Shown here in pieces: positions 56,901 to 64,000 of a stretch of 64,000 nucleotides of DNA (positions are counted from its first letter, which is position 1; each line of letters begins with the position of its first letter). Made by a program: the position numbers and the translations under genes. Below the pieces are notes generated by a model. The model did no database searches. It saw nothing but the letters and a program-made list of their open reading frames with translations, and had not been told where the DNA came from. Source of the DNA: Verrucomicrobiota bacterium (GTDB lineage: Bacteria > Verrucomicrobiota > Verrucomicrobiia > Opitutales > Seribacteraceae); contig JAQBYT010000009.1 of assembly GCA_027622665.1 (NCBI GenBank), forward strand, positions 32,001 through 96,000, in the 5' to 3' direction.

Positions 56901-57023
56901 GTCGGGCAGTACGTCCACGGGCAAATCCAGAGCCTTTTTAAACCCAAGAAACAACAGGGCGGTTGCGAGCGCGAGGACCATCGCGCGTTGGGATAGAGAA
57001 AACCTTATGAGTTGATTGAGCAT
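53844..57023 (-). CDS. czcA: Heavy-metal efflux RND permease, CusA/CzcA family
   Basis: LPVDVLPDL, AIGMVVDDAIVDMEN, SGVEGRLF, ERLSPILMT; C-terminus altered by the 55 bp duplication. Confidence 0.92.
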   Translation of the reverse strand: MLNQLIRFSLSQRAMVLALATALLFLGFKKALDLPVDVLPDLTKPTVTLLTEVPGYAPEEIETLVTVPLENALMGVTGVDRLRSISDVSLSLVFVEFDWDMDIYDARIFVQERLASMTSELPPGIRPHLTPVTSLMGEVMLIGLRDTTGATNPRELRALADWVVSRRLQAIPGIAEIQTMGGGVKQVQVRPNPEKMLRHGVNLEQLRLATAASVKNTTGGFLTEGTQEIMVRNLAMTKDLDAIGDIVVTYRNDRPLRIRDVAEVAWGVEPMRGDAGMGVRRDTHAPGQAPKGYPGVVMSVRKSPGFDTLDLTRQLEQALKELGPSLPTGTEIIPLYKQSDYIDLAVGNLEKALLDGALLVSIVLFLFLLNFRVTLITLTAIPLSLAITALVFELLGVGVNSMTLGGLAVAIGMVVDDAIVDMENIFRRLRENAALSNPESRIKVIADASGEVRSSIFYATLLIVLVFLPLFALSGVEGRLFTPIAIATIVSMTASFLVALTVIPVLCFYLLPDKLCKARAKDSFLTRWVKSAFAATWLRFSLSQPFMVLAIMGGLLWFSYQSFKNMGGNFLPPFQEPSAVVAMTTAPGTSLKTTTELAHVGQDLLLGIPGIKSVGFRAGRAERGDHVVPVSTVEFDIEFDKSAGRKQKEVTEDIGTNMRSIPGTFSSMSGPLADRVGHMLSGVSAKVAVKVFGPDLDELRRLGSQIADIARGIPGLEEARTEQQALVPQLRIEPDRKRALAYGVVPGDLNEELATLMAGEKVAEIYEGTRKYDLVLRLPQEWRENPERLKQTYIDTLSGQRIPLERVADIRRATGPNMILRENSQRRFVVSINPTTENLNAVVERLQREVTEKVKLPKGYSISLEGEYQAQREATSTIFYASTILLILVFFLLYGHYRSFALAFLTLGIIPVSLVGAVLYTKYTLDNVSIATLVGFIAVSGIAARNNIMLLTHYLHLMRNEGEGFTRQMIERGTLERLSPILMTALSAGIALVPILLALHEPGREILGPVAIAIVGGLVTSTLLGLAVTPSLFYAFCRKPVESILAKDLNLLCILSQTG

Positions 57024-57028
57024 GGGCT

Positions 57029-58183
57029 TCAGGCGGTTACAATGTCCTTGCGCTTATTCCACAGGCGTTGCGCGAAGAACGCGGTCAGCAACGTCATGGT
57101 TGCCGCATAGAAGATCAAGTATTGGTTTAGAGCTCCGTCCGTTGCCTCGCCATTACCTTGATCGTTTGCATCGGTTCTTGGGTTTTCTGATTTTTGCGGA
57201 GCGATCATCTCAGTGCGGTCTTCATTGTGTTCGTGTCCGTGAGCGGCATCGAGCGCTTCCTTCAGCGAGGGTCCACTGCCACTTCCGGCGAACGCGAGCG
57301 GGTAGGCTCCGCGAGTAACTACTTCGTCGCCGGGGAAGAGACCGCTCACGATTTCCACATACTTGTCATTTCGTTCGCCAAGAACTACAGGTACAGGTGA
57401 AAAAGCGTTTTCCAACTCGAAGTCCTTCACGAAGACGATGCGGTTGGTAGGATCACCTTGCACGGTGGCTTGTGGCACGCTCAAGACCTTTTCTCGAGAG
57501 CCAGTGACTATCGAGAATTCAATTCGCATACCGGGTCGCAACTTCCCGTCAGGGTTATTTACTTGAAAAATACCTTCCAGAGCCCCCGCGCTGCGATCTG
57601 CTTCGACATTGAAACGAAGGAGGTGAGCCTCGATCGCTTTCTTGCCTAGAGCCGGTACGCGAATGCGAGCAAGTGCTCCAAGCTTAACGGCAGCGGCTTC
57701 CGATTCGGGGATTTTAGCTACCGCCCATAAGGTTGAACGATCCGCTATATCCAACAGTGCCCGGTCGGGTTCAACAGGTTCACCCAAACGGACGTGAGAA
57801 CGCACGACTATGCCACTTCGGGGTGCCCGCAACTCAATCGTGGGGGGAGGGTTGCCGGGTTGTCGGCTTTCTACTCGAAGCAGTGTTTGGTTGGCTTCGA
57901 CTCTATCGCCCTCGTAGGCGTTGAGGTCGATGACTCGCCCGGCGATCCTAGTCGAGAGTACGGAACGATTGGCGGGGATTTCCTCGATCCGACCAATCGC
58001 AAAGACTGTACTCTCAAAGATTCTTTCCTTTGCCTGTTCGGTCTCGATGCGTAGGTTGCGAACGCCTGTCTCGTCGAGAATAACGGTGCGAGTTGCTGGT
58101 CTTGTAGGATCGTCGGTTTCGCCGCAAAGCGAGTTGTGCGATAGGATCATTAGGGCAAGTAGTAAAAAAAATGGTGTTTTCAT
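57029..58183 (-). CDS. czcB: RND periplasmic adaptor (CzcB-like) with C-terminal His-rich segment and TM
   Basis: Lipoyl halves, LRPGM, VEIVSGLFPGDEVV, AAHGHEH. Confidence 0.85.
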   Translation of the reverse strand: MKTPFFLLLALMILSHNSLCGETDDPTRPATRTVILDETGVRNLRIETEQAKERIFESTVFAIGRIEEIPANRSVLSTRIAGRVIDLNAYEGDRVEANQTLLRVESRQPGNPPPTIELRAPRSGIVVRSHVRLGEPVEPDRALLDIADRSTLWAVAKIPESEAAAVKLGALARIRVPALGKKAIEAHLLRFNVEADRSAGALEGIFQVNNPDGKLRPGMRIEFSIVTGSREKVLSVPQATVQGDPTNRIVFVKDFELENAFSPVPVVLGERNDKYVEIVSGLFPGDEVVTRGAYPLAFAGSGSGPSLKEALDAAHGHEHNEDRTEMIAPQKSENPRTDANDQGNGEATDGALNQYLIFYAATMTLLTAFFAQRLWNKRKDIVTA

Positions 58184-58201
58184 GGTATCGGAATCGTTGA
58201 T

Positions 58202-59515
58202 TTATTTCCTAGGAGAAACCTGCTTGAGAATGGGTTTTGTCTTCGGGTAATCACCCACAACCTCTCTCATTCGGGCTTTGGCCAAATGGTAGTTGACGAT
58301 AGCCTCGAGAGCAGCGTTCTTCAGTTCCAGCAACTGTTCTTGAACCCGTTGCGTTTGCAGCAGACTTGCCTGGCCCTGCCGGTAGGCGGCTTGAAAGTCC
58401 GCGACGTTTTTCGCCACCAATTGCAAGATTTCTCCGGATGCTTCTCTGGCTAAGCGCCACGCATCGAGTCTTGCCCTAAAGGCTTGTGCGTATTCGTTGC
58501 GCACGCGAAACCGCAAGGCTTCGCTAGTTGCTTCAGCTTCGATACGATCGAATCTGGCTTGCTCCATGTCGTCGGCGTTGCGTTGTCGGAAGGGAATCGG
58601 AATGGAAAATCCGAGGCCGGCCAAGGTATTGCGGTCTAGTCCCGCGGCAGGGTAGGAGGCACGTTCCCTTTCCACGAAAAAGTTTACTTCCACATCTGGA
58701 AAACGGTTCGATTTTTCCAAGTTTAAAGCTGCATCAGCTTCATCTACCCTTGCCCTCGCGAGGGCAAGGTCCGATCGTCGTCGCACGATTGCTTCGAGTG
58801 GTATTTGCTTGTTCGGTTCCTCTTCCGGGATTTGAAGTTTGCGGTCGATGCTTAGGACTTCGTCTGCTTCCATCCCAAGTAGTTGCTTAAGTGCAAGAGT
58901 CTTGTTTTTTTCCTTTGTCGCGAGTTCTGCCGCTTTTTGCTCCATTGCCAGCCCCGTTAGTTCGGCCTGCGCCAGGTCGAGTGAAGAAGCCTCTCCTCGC
59001 TTCACTTGTTCCCTCAGGAAGCTTACGATTTCGGCGTTAACTCCCATGACTGCCCGTTGTCCCTTTGTCCGTTGGTTCGCGGCCGCCAAACCGATTACGG
59101 TCCTCTCCACCTTGGCGGCCAATTTCCATCTGTGTCTTGCCAGTTCCGCCTCGGCTGTGGTCACTTGCCGCTTTCGCAATTCTCTTTCGCGCCGAAGACG
59201 GGAGGACAGTGGAAAGCTTTGCCGTACGGCGACTTCGAAATTCCCCTCGTTTTCGTCGTTTCCAAAGGAATCCCCTTTTGCCGATACTTCTACTTCGGGG
59301 TTCGGCAGTCTGCCGGAAAGAAGTAAACGGCTTTCCGCCTCCTCCACGCCGGGTTCAGTTATCTGCAGGTCTCGGTTGTTAAGGAAGGCCAACCGAATGG
59401 CTTCGTCCGTCGAGAGCAACAAGACTTCCTTTCCCTCGCCAGTGCTACTGCATAGAACGGCAAAGAGGGCGATAGTGAAAGGTTTGATTTTGGAAAAGTT
59501 TTTTGAAGTTGTCAT
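58202..59515 (-). CDS. czcC: TolC-family outer membrane factor (CzcC-like)
   Basis: PNPEV, two OEP-like helical repeats, Y.QG.SLL; first of three adjacent efflux genes. Confidence 0.88.
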   Translation of the reverse strand: MTTSKNFSKIKPFTIALFAVLCSSTGEGKEVLLLSTDEAIRLAFLNNRDLQITEPGVEEAESRLLLSGRLPNPEVEVSAKGDSFGNDENEGNFEVAVRQSFPLSSRLRRERELRKRQVTTAEAELARHRWKLAAKVERTVIGLAAANQRTKGQRAVMGVNAEIVSFLREQVKRGEASSLDLAQAELTGLAMEQKAAELATKEKNKTLALKQLLGMEADEVLSIDRKLQIPEEEPNKQIPLEAIVRRRSDLALARARVDEADAALNLEKSNRFPDVEVNFFVERERASYPAAGLDRNTLAGLGFSIPIPFRQRNADDMEQARFDRIEAEATSEALRFRVRNEYAQAFRARLDAWRLAREASGEILQLVAKNVADFQAAYRQGQASLLQTQRVQEQLLELKNAALEAIVNYHLAKARMREVVGDYPKTKPILKQVSPRK

Positions 59516-59677
59516 GGTTCAATAAATGATTCGATCGATTCTGATGGGCATCTTTGATGCTCGAGTGACTTCTTGCGGATAAAGAAAGCCCCACGCGAAT
59601 AAGACCGCGAGTGCAAGAGGCGGTGAGAGGGGGAACCCCTCCCGGTCAATCCGGACGCGGCGTATCGCCGAGTAGAA

Positions 59678-60082
59678 TCAAATAAGAAACCTGCCCGTGA
59701 AAGGCGGAGAGGAATGGTTCGGAGGGGGTGTGATGACTGTGGGAACTACCTTGATTAGAAGGGCATGTCCACCTACCGAAATCAATCTGTCGGGCATGTC
59801 CCGAATAGGCATGAAAGAAGTCAGGGAGAGAAGCTTTTTGTACTCAACTTTGAAGAGGGATGCTTCAGGTAGGTCGAGTATGCAGTCGTCCGAACAAGGA
59901 ACTTGCTGTTCTTCGTGGTGATGAGCTTCAGAATTCAAGCACGGGGTGTCGCCCGAGTTACCTTCATGGTGGTGCGGGTCCGATCCAAGCAAGGAGAGTA
60001 GTCCGCACACGGTTACTACACTGTTACCCATGGGTATGAGTGCAAGCACGGTAAGCAATAAGATAGGAGTAAGGCGAAACAT
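59678..60082 (-). CDS. Small His/Cys-rich membrane-anchored protein upstream of czcC
   Basis: Hydrophobic N-terminus, PHHHE, HHHE..PCSDDC, PPP tail. Confidence 0.65.
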   Translation of the reverse strand: MFRLTPILLLTVLALIPMGNSVVTVCGLLSLLGSDPHHHEGNSGDTPCLNSEAHHHEEQQVPCSDDCILDLPEASLFKVEYKKLLSLTSFMPIRDMPDRLISVGGHALLIKVVPTVITPPPNHSSPPFTGRFLI

Positions 60083-60161
60083 AGTCTTTATCTTCGAGCT
60101 ACATCTATTACTGCCAATGCCTTAGTTGTCAAGCTGATGGTAGGGATGCCTTCAGGGAGCA

Positions 60162-61652
60162 TTACCGGAGCAAATTGTGTGCGTGGTAGACCACGAGAGC
60201 GTTGGCGAGAGGTTCGCCTTCTGCGGTCATCAATGCCTTCAATGAGAATTCGTAAAGCCGTCGATCCTGCATTTCGGACAGTACGATCTTCACGGTTTTA
60301 CGGTCTTCCGAAAGTGTGACCTTGGCGGGTTTGAGTGTTTTTACTCCTACTTGGGGGGAGCCATAACCTTGGTGGTACTTGTAGGTGTAGCTCTTTATCG
60401 CATAGGACTCAGCAGAACTCGCGAGTGTCTTGTCCATCGGTACGGTGAAAGTTAGGTCGAAGCCTTTTGCCGCAAGGTTCATTCGTAGGACGTCCGCCGG
60501 GGTTCGTCCGTTCCAAGTGAGAGTCTGGATGCCTTGGTTTCCTGCCCAACCATGCGAACTGTGACCGATCCAAAGAGTCTTTCCATCGGGAGAGAAGCAC
60601 AGACGGTTGTTGCCGGTGGACAATCCATTGCCATCGAAGAACGGGATGCAAGCACCCTGCATCTTGCCGCCGACCTCTTCGAGCATCACGCGCATGATAC
60701 GACCTTTGTTCATTTCGCCTACGAGCAACTGCCCGGCAAAGGGGCCGAACTTGCCTGCCGTCGAGTCGACGAGGGGTTGCGAAGGTGAGTTGGCCATCAA
60801 GCCGTGGGGAAATAGTACGGCAGCAGTCTCCCTGCGCTCGTTCAATTCGGAGACTGGTAGACCTACCGGTTTGTCTCCTTTCCAGTCCTTCTCCCAAATC
60901 AAGCTGCCGGCATGACCGTAAAATTTTCCTTCTTGCACGTGATGCAATTTGCTTGTGCCCACCCAGTCGCCTTGGTTGTCGGTTACGAAGAGGTTGTCTT
61001 TAAGGTCAAAGCCGAGACCGTTTGGGGTGCGCAAGCCGGATGCCCATGGATTCAATCGACCGTCGGGGGTGATTTGGAGAACCCAACCTCGATAGGGAAC
61101 GGAGGCATACATGCGCTGAAGATAGCTGCGTTTATCGAAAACACCTCTTTTCTCATGGCGAACGTCGGCTCCGCTGGAAGCCGTGCCGAGCGATACGTAG
61201 AAATTGCCCGCGTTGTCCCTAATTGGCCCGAAGTGAAATTCGTGGTAGTTCCCGGATATGCCGAAGTCATCGCAGAACGCCTTGTATTCGTCTGCTTTTC
61301 CGTCTTCATCAAGATCTCGAAGGAGGGTAAGTTCGGGGCGTTGGGCGACCATGACTTCTCGGTTATTCAAAGCCACGACCCCCAGTGGTGTGTGTAGACC
61401 GTCGGCAAACAGTTTCCATTTGCCGGTGTCGGGATGCAAGGTGAAGACCTCGCCCCCGACAAAGCAGGCTACGAGGCGACCGTCAGGCATGAATGACAGC
61501 CCATCTGTCTGAGTTCCCTTGGTCCCGTATCGTTCGAGCAACAGCTTGGGCGGTTCAACTTTACCAAGAGCGTAGTAATCCGTGATTTTGGCTTTGACCG
61601 AGGAGAGAGGCAACCCTAGGCAGAACAGAATTACACAGAGTGCTCGATTCAT
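60162..61652 (-). CDS. Secreted glucose/sorbosone-dehydrogenase-like beta-propeller protein
   Basis: ATG 61652 overlaps the upstream stop; NYHEFHFG, SGLRTPNG, TDNQGDW, GPFAGQLLVGE. Confidence 0.85.
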   Translation of the reverse strand: MNRALCVILFCLGLPLSSVKAKITDYYALGKVEPPKLLLERYGTKGTQTDGLSFMPDGRLVACFVGGEVFTLHPDTGKWKLFADGLHTPLGVVALNNREVMVAQRPELTLLRDLDEDGKADEYKAFCDDFGISGNYHEFHFGPIRDNAGNFYVSLGTASSGADVRHEKRGVFDKRSYLQRMYASVPYRGWVLQITPDGRLNPWASGLRTPNGLGFDLKDNLFVTDNQGDWVGTSKLHHVQEGKFYGHAGSLIWEKDWKGDKPVGLPVSELNERRETAAVLFPHGLMANSPSQPLVDSTAGKFGPFAGQLLVGEMNKGRIMRVMLEEVGGKMQGACIPFFDGNGLSTGNNRLCFSPDGKTLWIGHSSHGWAGNQGIQTLTWNGRTPADVLRMNLAAKGFDLTFTVPMDKTLASSAESYAIKSYTYKYHQGYGSPQVGVKTLKPAKVTLSEDRKTVKIVLSEMQDRRLYEFSLKALMTAEGEPLANALVVYHAHNLLR

Positions 61653-63715
61653 CTTATGGGAGCGGTTGCCAGTTGACTGAGGCGTTTGATTTCTTCCGAG
61701 CTCAACGGTCTTTCGTACACGCTCAATTCGTCTAGTAGGAATTTCGGATGAGATATTTGGGAAGCTATGCCGACATTGCCGATGGGCGGTCCTTCCCCAG
61801 ACCGTCGATCCCGTTTGTCGTGAAGGATTCCGTCGAGGTAAATCCGAACGGATGTTTGGTCCAAAGACAGGGCCAAATGGTGCCATTCGCCGTCGATAGT
61901 GGGTTCTTCGAAGGATTTGAGTTCGGTTGGCGCCTTTGATTTGGTTTTTTGTTTCGAGCCGGGCGAGATGATTTCCAGGCTATCTATGTTTGGGCCGGTT
62001 TTTTTGACCGAGGTCAGGCGAACGAGGTATTCGCCGCTCGCGAATTTCCTTTTAACTTCCTCGTACTTCCAGGTCGTCCAGCTGCCGGTTCCTGCGAAGG
62101 GGAGGGTGGGGGTTAGCAGGTCTACTTCCCCGTTTATGCTCAGTAGCAGAGGTCTGGAGTCTACAGCTGCATAGCGAAAACGAAGCCGATGCTCCCCGTC
62201 TTTTTCAACCCGAACCTTCCATTCGACGAATTGTCCGGCTTCGGTGCCGAAATCGAGATAACCCGATCCGTGATGCCCTGGATTACTGGATGCTTTCACG
62301 GGGCCCTTGAACTTGGCATGTTCGGCTTCCAGTCCGTTTCCAGAATCTTCGATCTTCAAGTTGGTCGAGTTGAAGGAGAACGCTTTTCCGGATGGCGAGT
62401 ATTGCATGTTCCCACCTTTTTCCCAACTCACAAGAGATGGTATAGAGCGTTTGGGATCCGTAAGTTTCACCCATGTCGACAATCCCGCTCCGGAGCTGAA
62501 ATCACCTTTGGGTTGAGCGGGTGTAATCTTTTTTCCGCCTGACAATTGCCAAGCTTGTCCGATAGCGCCTGGATAAAGAATCCCTCTTCTATTGTTGCTG
62601 GCAACGAGATCGTTCATGCTCAAATGAAACACAGGCGCTTTCCGAGGGATTTCTGATTGCGTAATGGAGAAGCGTTTCGATTCTTCGGGGCTTAGCCGAA
62701 GCGTTCCCTTATCGATTGTTCCTTTGTTGCAGGTGGTATTGACGCCTGCATCTGGCGGAAGAGAAAACAGAAGAACTTCGTGAGAGTTGTTTACGGTGAA
62801 CTTTCGGAGTAGACCGCTCTTGCCAGGAAGTTTGACGATTAGTTCGGTGAATTCGGCTTTTCCGTATTGATATCGAAATTGAGGAATCCCGTCTATCAAA
62901 CGATAGCCAAGAAAATTAATTTCTGGGCTACCTTTTTCCTCACTTTTAAAACGAAACGGAAAGTTTCTCTCTCGCAAATAAACTCTCCCTTCTATCGTGG
63001 GGAGAATTCTCCAGCGGCCAAAAGACCCGTTCTTCTTGATGAAGCCGTCTCGCCATGCGTAGCGAAGTTGGCAATTTCCTGCATCCCAACAGTAGGAATG
63101 ACCTCCGGGGAGTGATACTGCAATTGCTGCAGGTGAAGAGTCGGGCATGAAGGTGCGATGGACTATGGCGAAACCTGATTGGGGTCGCGAGAGGTTCGAG
63201 GCATTTGCGTTTTTCGCGATGTCTTTCGCTTTGGCGATAAGTTCGTCCATCTTCGCTGGTCGCGCCTTGGCAACAAAGAGCGTGCCGTACATTACGAATC
63301 CATGCCCTGGGAAAGTGCATACGTACGGATATTCTCCTTCTTTCTCAGGTGCAACGAAAGTGACGGTGGTTTTCTTCCCCGGGAGCACTACGGGAGTAGA
63401 GGCGATCACGTCTTCGGATTCTGGGATATAATGTCGGTTCGGACCATCTGCTCCTAGGGCTATGGCGGATTCGATCACTTTCATGCGGGTCTTTGGAGCC
63501 ACGAGCACGAAGTTATGCATCATTTCGTCTATGTTGTCGAAAAGCAGTTCCACTTTTTCGCCTGGTTGGATGTGAAAGGCAATTGGGTCGTACTTCAGCC
63601 CGGGTTTGACGGACAAGAGGAGTTTGGCGGCGTCCGCGGAATTAATTATCAATAATCCCAACAAAAGTGGTGAGAACAACCGAAGGATACCGTCGGCGCA
63701 GACTGTTTGCCTCAC
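61649..63715 (-). CDS. Azurin/plastocyanin-domain protein with LamG and CBM6/35-like domains
   Basis: Type-1 copper ligands MMHN and CTFPGH...M; LEAE..GSGYLDF..RFRYA..TGSWTTW..NIDSL; WHHLAL..IYLDG..DELSVYERPLS. Confidence 0.85.
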   Translation of the reverse strand: MRQTVCADGILRLFSPLLLGLLIINSADAAKLLLSVKPGLKYDPIAFHIQPGEKVELLFDNIDEMMHNFVLVAPKTRMKVIESAIALGADGPNRHYIPESEDVIASTPVVLPGKKTTVTFVAPEKEGEYPYVCTFPGHGFVMYGTLFVAKARPAKMDELIAKAKDIAKNANASNLSRPQSGFAIVHRTFMPDSSPAAIAVSLPGGHSYCWDAGNCQLRYAWRDGFIKKNGSFGRWRILPTIEGRVYLRERNFPFRFKSEEKGSPEINFLGYRLIDGIPQFRYQYGKAEFTELIVKLPGKSGLLRKFTVNNSHEVLLFSLPPDAGVNTTCNKGTIDKGTLRLSPEESKRFSITQSEIPRKAPVFHLSMNDLVASNNRRGILYPGAIGQAWQLSGGKKITPAQPKGDFSSGAGLSTWVKLTDPKRSIPSLVSWEKGGNMQYSPSGKAFSFNSTNLKIEDSGNGLEAEHAKFKGPVKASSNPGHHGSGYLDFGTEAGQFVEWKVRVEKDGEHRLRFRYAAVDSRPLLLSINGEVDLLTPTLPFAGTGSWTTWKYEEVKRKFASGEYLVRLTSVKKTGPNIDSLEIISPGSKQKTKSKAPTELKSFEEPTIDGEWHHLALSLDQTSVRIYLDGILHDKRDRRSGEGPPIGNVGIASQISHPKFLLDELSVYERPLSSEEIKRLSQLATAPIR

Positions 63716-64000
63716 AGTTTACGAATCTTTAAATTTCGGAATCGGACTTGTCCGCCGTGCTCCTGAAGCATGATGCGGCCCAATTTAGTTCCAAAGTCGG
63801 GGCGAGACTTGAACTTGCTTTTAGCGTGCCGTTTTTTCCAGTCTTCGGAACCAATTTCAATTTCGGCGACCTTTTCGCCGTTCAACCAGTGTTCGATTTT
63901 GTTTCCTTGCGCCACGATGCGACTGACATTGAATTTTCCGGGAGCCTTTAGCTTCTTGTCGGCGGATGCTCCCTTGATTGCGTAAATCGAGGCGGTGGCC
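63712..64000 (-). CDS. DUF1080 protein, 5' end beyond the window
   Basis: IEHWLNG, GRIMLQEHG, FRNLKIRKL. Confidence 0.85.
   Translation of the reverse strand, partial: ATASIYAIKGASADKKLKAPGKFNVSRIVAQGNKIEHWLNGEKVAEIEIGSEDWKKRHAKSKFKSRPDFGTKLGRIMLQEHGGQVRFRNLKIRKL

Noticed and set aside
1..64000. Numerous 60-240 aa ORFs antisense or out of frame to the called genes
   Set aside because: Shadow ORFs with no recognisable motifs, overlapping well-supported CDSs.

Overview
A gene-dense 64 kb bacterial chromosome segment. Its content (two DUF1080 genes, DUF1501, a PVC-type heme-binding dehydrogenase, a PmoA-family protein, a MoxR/DUF58/BatA/prenyltransferase operon, FGE-like domains) points to the PVC superphylum, most likely a Verrucomicrobiota (Opitutales-like) genome or MAG; this taxonomy is inferred. 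From left to right: (1) a hydrolase/ABC-exporter operon and secreted carbohydrate/redox genes (1-21.4 kb); (2) rmuC, a VanZ-family gene, an FN3 lipoprotein, a Tat-exported isomerase and an orphan M.HhaI-like C5 methyltransferase; (3) tRNA-Ser(GCT) carrying a ~4 kb island bounded by a perfect 36 bp att direct repeat, with no integrase, one large Kelch-like cargo gene and two joined gene fragments; (4) small lipoprotein and hypothetical genes; (5) a 14 kb, seven-gene MoxR operon whose last gene has an apparently circularly permuted FGE-like domain inserted in a WD40 propeller; (6) a four-gene sugar-acid operon; (7) a CzcCBA-type metal efflux locus whose adaptor lacks the alpha-hairpin, with an exact 55 bp tandem duplication that is probably an assembly artefact; (8) a DUF1080 / azurin-LamG-CBM / beta-propeller redox operon running off the right edge. 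No CRISPR array, rRNA, transposase, integrase or reverse transcriptase was recognised. All family calls come from motif recognition by eye, not from database searches.
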